Source: Alphaproteobacteria bacterium
GTDB lineage: Bacteria; Pseudomonadota; Alphaproteobacteria; SP197
NCBI GenBank assembly: GCA_965116515.1
Contig: OZ220705.1
Coordinates: forward strand, 4,381,113 to 4,445,112
Direction of reading: 5' to 3'
Length of the DNA stretch: 64,000 nucleotides
Positions 35,928 to 43,980 of this stretch are shown one piece after another. The notes under the pieces are model-generated. The model saw nothing but the letters and a program-made list of their open reading frames with translations, did no database searches and had not been told where the DNA came from. The first letter of the stretch is position 1. Each line of letters starts with the position of its first letter. The position numbers and the translations under genes are program-made.

Positions 35928-36863
35928 ATGGATGAATGCGGCCTGCTGAACGTCTTCGAATGCGGCACGATTCCGATTGAGATCTGGGTCTCGGACGGCC
36001 TGCGTTGGCTGGTCGCCAACTACCGTCCCTTCTTCCAGGCCCTGAAATGGCCCGTGGAGCTGGTGCTGCGCAACTTCGAATGGGCACTTGGCAGCGTGCC
36101 GCCGACGCTCATGCTGGCCGTCTTCGCCTTGGCGGCCTGGCAGATCGCGGGAGTCAGGCTGATGCTCGGCGTCGCCGGATCGCTGCTCTTTATCGGTTTC
36201 CTCGGGGTCTGGCCGGAGACCATGACGACACTTTCGGTCGTCTTCACATCCCTGGTCCTGTGCCTCGTCATCGGCTTGCCGTTGGGTATCTGGGCTGCCA
36301 GGAGCAACCGCTTCTATGCTCTCGCGCGGCCCGTTCTTGACGGAATGCAGACCATTCCGGCCTTCGTCTACCTGGTGCCGATCGTCATGTTGTTCGGCAT
36401 CGGCAATGTTCCTGGCGTCATCGTCACCATCGTCTTCGCGCTGCCTCCCGTCATCCGCCTGACCAATCTCGGAATCCGGCAGGTGCCGAACGACGTGATC
36501 GAAGCCATGCTGGCCTTCGGCGCGTCCGAACGCCAGTTGTTGTGGAAGGCGCAGCTGCCACTCGCCATGCCCTCCATCATGGCGGGCATCAACCAGACAC
36601 TCATGATGTCGCTGTCGATGGTTGTCATCGCCTCCATGATCGCGGTGGGAGGGCTCGGCCAGATGGTGCTTCGCGGAATTGGACGGCTGGACATGGGAAT
36701 TGCGACCGTCGGAGGGCTCGGCATCGTGATGCTGGCCATCGTGCTGGACCGGCTGACACAGTCCATCGCGCAGAGCAGCCAGCGCCGAAGGGGAGCATCG
36801 TGGAAGGAACGCGGTCCCGCCGGCCTCTTCCTGAAATGGATGCGGAAATCCGGAACACGTTGA
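35928..36863 (+). CDS. proW: Betaine-type ABC transporter permease
   Basis: Multi-TM protein with the binding-protein-dependent permease loop (EAMLAFGASERQLLWKAQLPLAMPSIMAGINQ). Confidence 0.9.
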   Translation: MDECGLLNVFECGTIPIEIWVSDGLRWLVANYRPFFQALKWPVELVLRNFEWALGSVPPTLMLAVFALAAWQIAGVRLMLGVAGSLLFIGFLGVWPETMTTLSVVFTSLVLCLVIGLPLGIWAARSNRFYALARPVLDGMQTIPAFVYLVPIVMLFGIGNVPGVIVTIVFALPPVIRLTNLGIRQVPNDVIEAMLAFGASERQLLWKAQLPLAMPSIMAGINQTLMMSLSMVVIASMIAVGGLGQMVLRGIGRLDMGIATVGGLGIVMLAIVLDRLTQSIAQSSQRRRGASWKERGPAGLFLKWMRKSGTR

Positions 36864-37123
36864 CCGCGGAACTGCCGACCGGGCGTTGACGAGTTCAGCC
36901 GTTCATTATGAAAGCGGATGTGCTCCAGGTCCTGCGCGGCGCTATTGCCTGCACCGGATCCACGGTCGATCTCGTGCCGGTCGCTCAGACGTAGCGACCC
37001 CTTGTCCGTCGTCTTCCCGGACATTCGTTCTCTGTCGGTCGCATCCACAGTCGAAGTGTGCAATGCGTTCGCCTTCAACGATGAATTGGGTATACGACTT
37101 CACAATTTTCTGCCGGGGATGCG

Positions 37124-37381
37124 ATGGGTCTGAACATAAGGAACAAAGAGACCTGCAGGCTGGCGCGCGAGGTGGCCCGATTGACCGGCGATACCATGAC
37201 CGGTGCGATTACCGCCGCGTTGCGCGAGCGTCTGGAGCGGGAGCGGCAACGCCGACATGAGAGTGCCCTGGCTCAGGAACTTCACGCGATAGGACAGCGC
37301 TGTGCAGGTCTTCTGAAACCCGCACCGTCCGCGGTCGAACATGGCAACCTGCTCTGTGACGAGCGAGGCCTGCCCAAGTGA
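37124..37381 (+). CDS. vapB: Type II antitoxin, VapB (Rv0623/PSK-like) family
   Basis: MGLNIRNKETCRLAREVARLTGDTMTGAITAALRERLERER... is the characteristic N-terminus of this antitoxin family. The stop overlaps a GTG by 4 nt (GTGA), as in vapBC operons. Confidence 0.7.
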   Translation: MGLNIRNKETCRLAREVARLTGDTMTGAITAALRERLERERQRRHESALAQELHAIGQRCAGLLKPAPSAVEHGNLLCDERGLPK

Positions 37382-37431
37382 TCATCGATGTCAGGGTCGC
37401 ATTGCCGCGGCTCGCGGATGAAGATTCGTGA
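37378..37431 (+). pseudogene. Truncated vapC (PIN toxin) remnant
   Basis: GTG-ATC-ATC-GAT... encodes VIIDVRVALPRLADEDS then TGA. This matches the PIN N-terminus pattern (M)VIDTSAL..L.DEP.. but stops after 17 codons. Only about 155 bp remain before the next gene. Confidence 0.45.
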
Positions 37432-37587
37432 ACAACAGCTTGACGTGGCCGTGAATCCGGTTCGAGGGGCTGTGTGCCCCGCCCGCACATGACGGGAAGC
37501 GACCACGGTGCGGCCTCCCCGGAACGACTTTCGCACCAGGTTCCACACCGGTAGGCTGATTCTCAATCCAACCTTGGCCGCTGCCAC

Positions 37588-38694
37588 GTGAAGATCTCCG
37601 AACTGCACGTCCACCGGATCGACCTGCGGATCCGGACCGGACCCTACGTCATGTCGGGCGCCAGCCTCGAAGCGGTGGACTCCACCGTCGTCGAACTCGT
37701 CACGGATGCGGGCCTCAAGGCCTACGGCGAGACCTGCCCCGTCGGCCCGACCTATCAGCCCGAGCACGCGCTCGGCGCCCGGGCCGCGCTTGCCGAAATG
37801 GCCCCTCACCTGATCGGCGAGGATCCGCTGAACGCCAACGCCCTTCACCGGAACATGAACGAACACCTCAACGGTCACAACTACGCGAAGGCCGTGGTCG
37901 ACATGGCGCACTGGGATCTCATGGGAAAGGTTCACGGCGCGAGAGTCTGCGATCTTCTCGGCGGCGCGGTCTTCGAGGAGGTTCCGTCATACTATGCCAT
38001 CAGCGTTGGCGAACCTGACGAGGTCGCCCGCCTTGCCCTGGAAAAGAGCAGGCAGGGTTTCCCCCGCCTGCAGCTCAAGGTGGGCGGACGCACCGTCGAC
38101 GCCGACATCGCAACGATCCGCAAGGTCTGGGAGACCGTCGGGAGGACGGTCAGGCTCGTCGCCGATGCCAACCGGTCCTGGACGACCCGTGACGCCCTGC
38201 ATCTGTCGAAGGCCTGTGCCGATATCCCGGTTGTCCTCGAACAGCCCTGCAACACCATGGCGGAAATTGCCCGCATCCGTCCGCAACTCGAACACCCCGT
38301 CTACCTCGACGAGAGCACGGAAAGCCTCGCCGATGTCCTGAACGCCGTCGGTTCCGGCCTCTGTGACGGTTTCGGACTCAAGGTCGGACGGCTCGGCGGC
38401 CTCAGTCACCTGCGCACGGCTCGCGATGTCTGCAGGGTGTGGTCCCTTCCCCATACCTGCGACGACAGCTTCGGCGGCGACATTACAGCAGCCGCCTGCG
38501 TTCATGCCGGAGCGACGGTGGAGGCGCATCTCAACGAGGGTGTGTGGATCTCCGAGCCCTATACCGGCGTTCACTACGATCCCGAAGGCGGCATCGAGGT
38601 TTCGAACGGCCGGATCTCCCTGCCCAGAGGACCGGGCCTGGGGGTTACGCCATCACCGGAGCGACTCGGTCCTCCTGTCGCGTCCTACGGTTGA
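37588..38694 (+). CDS. Enolase-superfamily enzyme, MR/MLE subgroup (possible betaine/hydroxyproline-betaine epimerase-like)
   Basis: Capping domain VDSTVVELVTDAGLKAYGE. Barrel with LQLKVGG, metal ligands in VADANRSW / VLEQP / YLDES, second Lys in GFGLKVGRLGG. GTG start. Confidence 0.85.
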   Translation: MKISELHVHRIDLRIRTGPYVMSGASLEAVDSTVVELVTDAGLKAYGETCPVGPTYQPEHALGARAALAEMAPHLIGEDPLNANALHRNMNEHLNGHNYAKAVVDMAHWDLMGKVHGARVCDLLGGAVFEEVPSYYAISVGEPDEVARLALEKSRQGFPRLQLKVGGRTVDADIATIRKVWETVGRTVRLVADANRSWTTRDALHLSKACADIPVVLEQPCNTMAEIARIRPQLEHPVYLDESTESLADVLNAVGSGLCDGFGLKVGRLGGLSHLRTARDVCRVWSLPHTCDDSFGGDITAAACVHAGATVEAHLNEGVWISEPYTGVHYDPEGGIEVSNGRISLPRGPGLGVTPSPERLGPPVASYG

Positions 38695-39258
38695 GTCGAT
38701 CGGTTCGACATCCGCCTCGACGGCTCCGGCGCCTCGCCATGAAAGGAGCCGAACCACTGGTCGCACGGGATTCCGGGGCTTCCTGGTTGCCTTCGACGTA
38801 GCGGTCGTGGCGCTGGTGGGGGAGGTCACCGGCCCTGATGCCCCTGTCGCTCGCCGGTCAGGCTGTCACTCTCTCGATTCCCCTTGTGGGAGGCGACCGC
38901 GATCAACACCTTCCGCTGCGGGCGAAAGAGCTGAATGTCCCGGAGCGCGCCGATTTCGTTGTTGACGGCCATGACCGAACTGCTTGCCGGGTGCCGAAAG
39001 CCTCTTGACTGTTTCGGCACTCGGCTGAGCCTCTCCACCGGAACACCTTTCACAGTACCGGGAAATCCGGAATTGACGATGATCATCGACCAACGGATCC
39101 CGACATTCCTTGGCATCACATCAGCAGCCTCGAAGTGCCACGGTGCCGCCCCGGGCGTGAGAAGTTCCCGCGCCCGAACGCCCGCGCTTCAAACCGCCTC
39201 ATTCTACCGATGGCGCACCAAGGACAACACAGGTCGGGATACCTTGGAGGCGGCCCCC

Positions 39259-40404
39259 TCAGAAGCCTGACTTCACCTCGTCGAACATGTTGACGACCTT
39301 TGGCTGGCTTTCGATCGAGAACGGGATCAGCAAGACACCGGCATCGGCGATGGCATCGGCGTTGTCGAGGCCGAGGTCACGAACCATCTCCATATCGACG
39401 AGCTCGTAGGCTTTTCGATTGGGGGAGGCGACCGCCCATTCGCCAAGCAGAAACGCGCCGCTCTCCGGTGAGATCATGGCGTCGATGATATCGTACTTCT
39501 TGTCCTCCGGCCCGCTTCCGCCGGCACACAGGGACAGGAAGTCGATCCAGACAATCATGCCTTCCACGGGCACCATGAAATCGACCGGAATTCCCTGTTC
39601 CCTCAGAATCGCCATCGTGCTCGTCCAGCCATAGGAGGCGACGACCTCGCCCGCTGCCATCGATTGCTCCAGCGACGTCGGATCACTCCAGTAGTAACGC
39701 AGAAGGGGACGCTGCTCGGTCAACAGTTCGCGGACCCTGGCAATGTCGTCGTCGCTCATGTTGAACGGATCATCGACGCCTGCGACGATAGCCGCCGCCA
39801 CCACGCTGTCAGTCGAATCGTCCCGCATCGCGAGGCGACCCTCGTACTTCGGATCCCAGAGGATATCCCAGGTGGGATTCTCGGCGTACTCGGGTGCCAG
39901 ATCCGTGCGGTAGACAATCGCCGAGCCACCCCAGGCAAAGGGAACCGCCCATTGCTTGCCATCCTCAAAGGCCGGTTTCTGCGACTTGAGGCCATCGAAG
40001 AGGTCGGGCCAATTGCTCAGTCTCGACGTGTCCGTCGGCACGATGATACCGGCGTCGCGCCAACGCTCGATGGATTCCGCACCCGGCGTGGTGATGTCCG
40101 GTACGAAGCCGGACAGATGCTTTGCGAAGGCCTCGTCCAGACCCCCGAACAATGAGAAATTCGGAGATTCGCCGTGCTTCGCCGTGTAGGGGCTGTGAAG
40201 GGCCGCTTCGTTGTAGCCATCCCAGGTGAACACCACCGGATGGTCATCCGCGGCATGGCCACGCCTGACGAAAGGCAGCGTGGAGGTGACAATGCCTGCC
40301 GAGGCGAGTGTCCCCAGGAAGCGGCGTCGGCTGGAATTCCACCTCGGCGCCGGAAACCCGGCTTCACGCGAAGGTACTCTGGTCTTGTTCGAAGACGTAC
40401 CCAT
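39259..40404 (-). CDS. ABC substrate-binding protein, PotD/PotF-like family, Tat-type signal
   Basis: SRRRFLGTLASAGIVTS twin-arginine signal, then a family-1 SBP body (VVFTWDGYNE...WDILWDPKYEGRLAMRDD...). GGGAGG lies before ATG 40404. No cognate permease or ATPase genes are adjacent. Confidence 0.8.
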   Translation of the reverse strand: MGTSSNKTRVPSREAGFPAPRWNSSRRRFLGTLASAGIVTSTLPFVRRGHAADDHPVVFTWDGYNEAALHSPYTAKHGESPNFSLFGGLDEAFAKHLSGFVPDITTPGAESIERWRDAGIIVPTDTSRLSNWPDLFDGLKSQKPAFEDGKQWAVPFAWGGSAIVYRTDLAPEYAENPTWDILWDPKYEGRLAMRDDSTDSVVAAAIVAGVDDPFNMSDDDIARVRELLTEQRPLLRYYWSDPTSLEQSMAAGEVVASYGWTSTMAILREQGIPVDFMVPVEGMIVWIDFLSLCAGGSGPEDKKYDIIDAMISPESGAFLLGEWAVASPNRKAYELVDMEMVRDLGLDNADAIADAGVLLIPFSIESQPKVVNMFDEVKSGF

Positions 40405-40553
40405 GACTGAGGCCTCCCTCATGCGCGGCATGCGTTCTTGATTGTGGGAGCAGTATACCAATTGTTAACCGGATATCGATGTCCATCAAAGATCATTTCG
40501 CATTGCCGGACATGAGTCCCGGTCGTGCCAGGGAGCTCCGGACACGCGAACTT

Positions 40554-40925
40554 TCAATGCAATGGAGTTTCGGGCTGTCGCGATCCAGGACGTGTAGTCA
40601 TCTCGTGCTGGGACTTTGTTTGGGCCATCCTGTAGAGATGCGGTCGCGGTTGGTCGCGAATCTCAAGAACGTCGCGAAATCCATCGGTCACGACGAATGC
40701 AACCCTTGCTCCAGACCGGGTGAGATAGGCGTTGGTCGCTACGGTTGAGCCATGCACCAGAACGCCGGCCAACCTGTCGTCTCGATCAGTTTCCCGATGC
40801 CGTCGGCGACGCTCCTGGCACTGCCAGGCGTGGATGGAACCTTGTCGAACCGGATCGTGCGTCCCTTGTCGTCGACGAAGATGACGTCGGCGTACGTGCC
40901 CCCCACGTCGACACCAATCCGCCAT
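40554..40925 (-). pseudogene. Frameshifted, truncated hydantoinase/oxoprolinase A (hyuA-like) N-terminal fragment
   Basis: The ATG frame gives nonsense. The adjacent frame reads [47 protein letters not shown]. The signal then returns to the first frame as [49 protein letters not shown], and the gene ends after about 125 codons. Confidence 0.6.
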
Positions 40926-41372
40926 CGAGTTGGTGAATGGACCCTGTCGGCTCAATAACAGCATGCCTTCCGAGGCATGTGACTTCGACAGGATTGCCGG
41001 GTTCCACGTGAATTCCCGGAATTCGGGAGGGAGATTCCTGCGACACGTTGTGTCGTACGGGGCAACCCTGACCGGCGGCGGTCCACGGCGTCCGGGTTTC
41101 GACCGAACCCTGTTCGGGGAAACGGTCAGCGCCCCAGAACGGTTCCGTCTGGCTGTCCATCATCGTCTTGCGGTCAATTGGTCCTCGTCACAATGTCGAT
41201 GCGATGATGCGTTCGAAGGACTCGCTTGTGTCGAACATCACGCCCGCCGGAACCCGCTGTCTCGTCGTCGATCAGGTCGCCCATGGCATCCTTCTTGATT
41301 CCGCGTCCTGTGCCATAATCAAGGGGGTTCGCCATTCCCGTGCGATCCAGTTGAAGTCCAAGGAGCGAAGCC

Positions 41373-41735
41373 ATGGCTACCGACGATACCTGTTGCACCA
41401 TCGTCCCGTACTTCGAGGTGCAGTCCGGCAAGATGGAAGAATTCAAGGCACTGTGCGAGCGGTTCGTCGCGAAGACCGGGGAGGAGTCCGATTGTCTGTA
41501 CTACGGGTTCAGCTTTGACGGTGATGTCGCGCACTGCCGCGAGGGATACGTGAATGCGGAGGGGTTGCTTGCGCACATCGAGAATGTTGGCCCACTTCTC
41601 GCAGAGGCGTCCAGGATCTCCGAGATCATCAGGCTCGAAGTGCATGGACCCCGATCGGAACTCGACAAGTTGCGCGAGCCGCTCGCTGCAATCAACCCGC
41701 AGTTCTTCACGTTGGAGCTTGGATTCAGGCGGTAG
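41373..41735 (+). CDS. ABM-domain (antibiotic biosynthesis monooxygenase-like) small protein
   Basis: 120 aa. CCTIVPYFEVQSGKMEEFKALCERFVAKTGEE..CLYYGFSFDGDVAHCREGYVNAEGLLAHIEN fits the ferredoxin-like ABM pattern. Confidence 0.6.
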   Translation: MATDDTCCTIVPYFEVQSGKMEEFKALCERFVAKTGEESDCLYYGFSFDGDVAHCREGYVNAEGLLAHIENVGPLLAEASRISEIIRLEVHGPRSELDKLREPLAAINPQFFTLELGFRR

Positions 41736-41792
41736 CGGCGCATGGTGAAAAGGCACCTGCCATCCGGCGGTGCGGAACGGGTTCCGGCGCCG

Positions 41793-42974
41793 TCACTGCG
41801 CGGCCGGCACCGGTAATGCGACGCGGTCCGGCGCCAGTGTACGGGCGAGGTACTTGTAGAACTGGGCGACAGTGCCCTCGCGCACGTTGAGAGGACCGGG
41901 CTCGGCCCTGGATGAGCGCATCACAGCCTGCAGGCGCCATGTCGCCTGCGCGTCTTCTTCGTTGACCCGGTAGATCAGTTCGTTGCGCTGTTGGACTCCT
42001 TGAGGATCCTCATCACACGACCAGGGCGCGACGATGTACCCCCCCATGACGCGTGTCCGCTCCGGACCCAGCGGAAGGAACGACAACCAGTTGTTGCTGT
42101 CGGTCGTCATGGCAAGTGAGATATTGGGAAAGAGACCGATCGCATAAACCGTGGATAACTCCTGTTCCGTGAAGCCACGGCCCTGGGGCAGAAGGCGCGA
42201 GAAGCCTCCATCGGCGGGGTCGGACGCGTCCGAGAAAGGACAGCGGGTGTGGGTGAATCGCCCGCTCTTCGGTGCGGAATCGACGGTGGCACCCTTCGCC
42301 GGTACGGATGCCTCCAGCGTCTCTGCATGAAGCCCCATGTGATGGTAGAACTCCATGCCGTTCTCGGTGGCGAGCTTCCAGTTGCCCTCCCACACCGCGT
42401 CATAGGTGAAGCCGGTCAGAAGGTCACCGGTCCTGTAGTTGGCGAGCATGGCGTCGGCTTCATGAAGCTGCGGCGCCAGCGGTGGTGCGTCATCGTCAAG
42501 GTTGATGAAGATGAAGCCCTGCCAGACTTCAAGCCTGATTTCGGGAAGACGGCATTTATCTTTTTCGAATCCGAGCGAGCCCTCCATCAAAGGCGCCGTC
42601 ACGAGTCTTCCGTCGGTGCCGTAGACCCAGCCATGATAGGGACAGACGAACCGCTTGACATTGCCGCGCTCAGCGAGCGCGACCGGCATGTAGCGGTGGC
42701 GGCAGATGTTCGAGAACCCGCGGATCACGCCGTCGGTGCCGTGAACCACGAGAATGGGTTCGTCGAGAATTCGGGCCGTGAACCAGTCGCCCCGCTCCGC
42801 CATGTCGTTGGCGCGGCCGATCAGAAGCCATTCATGCTTGAAGATCGTCTCGACCTCAAGAGCGTAGAGATCGGGATCGGTATAGGCATCCGGCGGCAAT
42901 GTCCTGCAGGCCGCATCTTCGGTAGCCGGATAGGCGGCCAGTGTGTCGAGGAGCCGATCGAGGGTGGCCGTCAC
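41793..42974 (-). CDS. Rieske [2Fe-2S] non-heme-iron oxygenase, alpha-subunit type (GbcA/Stc2/HpbB-like)
   Basis: CRHRYMP...CPYHGWVY Rieske motif and a catalytic domain with HMGLH. Start set to GTG 42974 (GGAG upstream) because the extension to 43055 has low GC3 and an R/S/H-rich sequence. Confidence 0.85.
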   Translation of the reverse strand: MTATLDRLLDTLAAYPATEDAACRTLPPDAYTDPDLYALEVETIFKHEWLLIGRANDMAERGDWFTARILDEPILVVHGTDGVIRGFSNICRHRYMPVALAERGNVKRFVCPYHGWVYGTDGRLVTAPLMEGSLGFEKDKCRLPEIRLEVWQGFIFINLDDDAPPLAPQLHEADAMLANYRTGDLLTGFTYDAVWEGNWKLATENGMEFYHHMGLHAETLEASVPAKGATVDSAPKSGRFTHTRCPFSDASDPADGGFSRLLPQGRGFTEQELSTVYAIGLFPNISLAMTTDSNNWLSFLPLGPERTRVMGGYIVAPWSCDEDPQGVQQRNELIYRVNEEDAQATWRLQAVMRSSRAEPGPLNVREGTVAQFYKYLARTLAPDRVALPVPAAQ

Positions 42975-43231
42975 CGGACCCGCTCCACTGTCGGAATGTG
43001 ACCGCCGGTCACGATACGGGGAATGGACCTGTGGAACCCGGTGACGGAATGGCATTCCGTGCGGATACTCCGCCCGCTTGCGCTGGCATCATGCTCTCGC
43101 GCCCAACCATTTCGGGCGACGGCTTCGATGAAGTCGCGCTCTTCCCCGGAAAGATACGTGGCAAACTGTTGCTTCGCGGTGCAGACCATCCCTCGTCCTG
43201 GACCGTGTACCGTGCGGGCAATTCCCGACAA
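42971..43231 (-). CDS. Possible small ORF translationally coupled (GTGA overlap) to the Rieske oxygenase gene
   Basis: This frame has higher GC3 than the alternative 5' extension of the Rieske ORF. It contains KQQFATYLSGEERDFIEAVARNGW (strand-helix, RHH-like). Start unclear (TTG 43231 or ATG 43189). Confidence 0.3.
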   Translation of the reverse strand: MSGIARTVHGPGRGMVCTAKQQFATYLSGEERDFIEAVARNGWAREHDASASGRSIRTECHSVTGFHRSIPRIVTGGHIPTVERVR

Positions 43232-43560
43232 CTTACAGCATAGACCATCTCAACGCTGCGTGCGCACCACTGTCCCTGCTCAACTTTGTTGAGGACACCG
43301 ACTTGAGGATCGTCTGACAGAGGCAGATGGCAATGGCCCGCTTTCAACGCGGGACACGCGTGTTCAAGACCTTGGCGCTTTGGGAGGTAGCCAGGGCGGG
43401 TGCTGATTGTTGAAGTTCAGGCTGCGGATTTGAGCGCGTCCTCCAGGACGGCTTTTCCGATGTAGGACGTCGACGGGTTGGCAACAAAGTGATCCATTCG
43501 CAGTCTTGTCGTCAGCCACGCCGCGGGCGGGATGTAGCACACCGACCAGCCGGATCCATC

Positions 43561-43808
43561 AGTAGACTGTTTCTGATCCCGCCCTCGTCGGCTGCCACCT
43601 GAAGATCGCGAAACTGCATGTCCACCGGATCGACTTGCCGATCCGGACGGAACCCCGCGTCATGTCGGGCGTCAGCTTCGAAGTGGTGGACTCCACCGTC
43701 GTCGGATTCATCACGGATACGGGTCTCAAGGTCTACGGTGAAACCTGTCCCGTCTGCCCGACCTATCGGCCCGAGCACGCGCTCGGCGCCCGAGTCGCGC
43801 TTGGCGAA
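43561..43808 (+). pseudogene. Degraded duplicate of the 5' end (about 40 nt upstream plus the first 70 codons) of the 37588 enolase-superfamily gene
   Basis: Colinear with no indels and roughly 85% identical by eye. The GTG start has become CTG (43599). Encodes LKIAKLHVHRIDLPIRTEPRVMSGVSFEVVDSTVVGFITDTGLKVYGETCPVCPTYRPEHALGARVAL versus VKISELHVHRIDLRIRTGPYVMSGASLEAVDSTVVELVTDAGLKAYGETCPVGPTYQPEHALGARAAL. Confidence 0.8.
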
Positions 43809-43815
43809 CAGAATG

Positions 43816-43977
43816 GGTGTCACGCGCATGGCGCTATGGGCCAATCTGCTGCCGGTTGCCGCCATCGTGCTCGCCATGTGGTTCGGCGTGCTGCCGCAGA
43901 CTGTGCAGATCGTCGGCGGTCTCGTCGTCCTCGCAGGCGTGATCCATGCCCAGATCGCCTCGCTGCGGATTGGGTGA
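43816..43977 (+). pseudogene. C-terminal fragment of a DMT/EamA-family transporter
   Basis: GVTRMALWANLLPVAAIVLAMWFGVLPQTVQIVGGLVVLAGVIHAQIASLRIG* is a typical last-two-helix EamA tail. It has no upstream body and abuts the enolase fragment in a different frame. Confidence 0.5.
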
Positions 43978-43980
43978 CGG

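Noticed and set aside
38826-39119. 97-codon minus-strand ORF (MMPRNVGIRWSMIIVNSGFPGT...VMAVNNEIGALRDI...)
   Set aside because: It has fair GC3 and faint resemblance to SAF-domain or hydantoin-racemase N-termini. But it has no convincing motif, no SD and an isolated position in a decayed region. I treat it as a possible gene fragment rather than a supported CDS.
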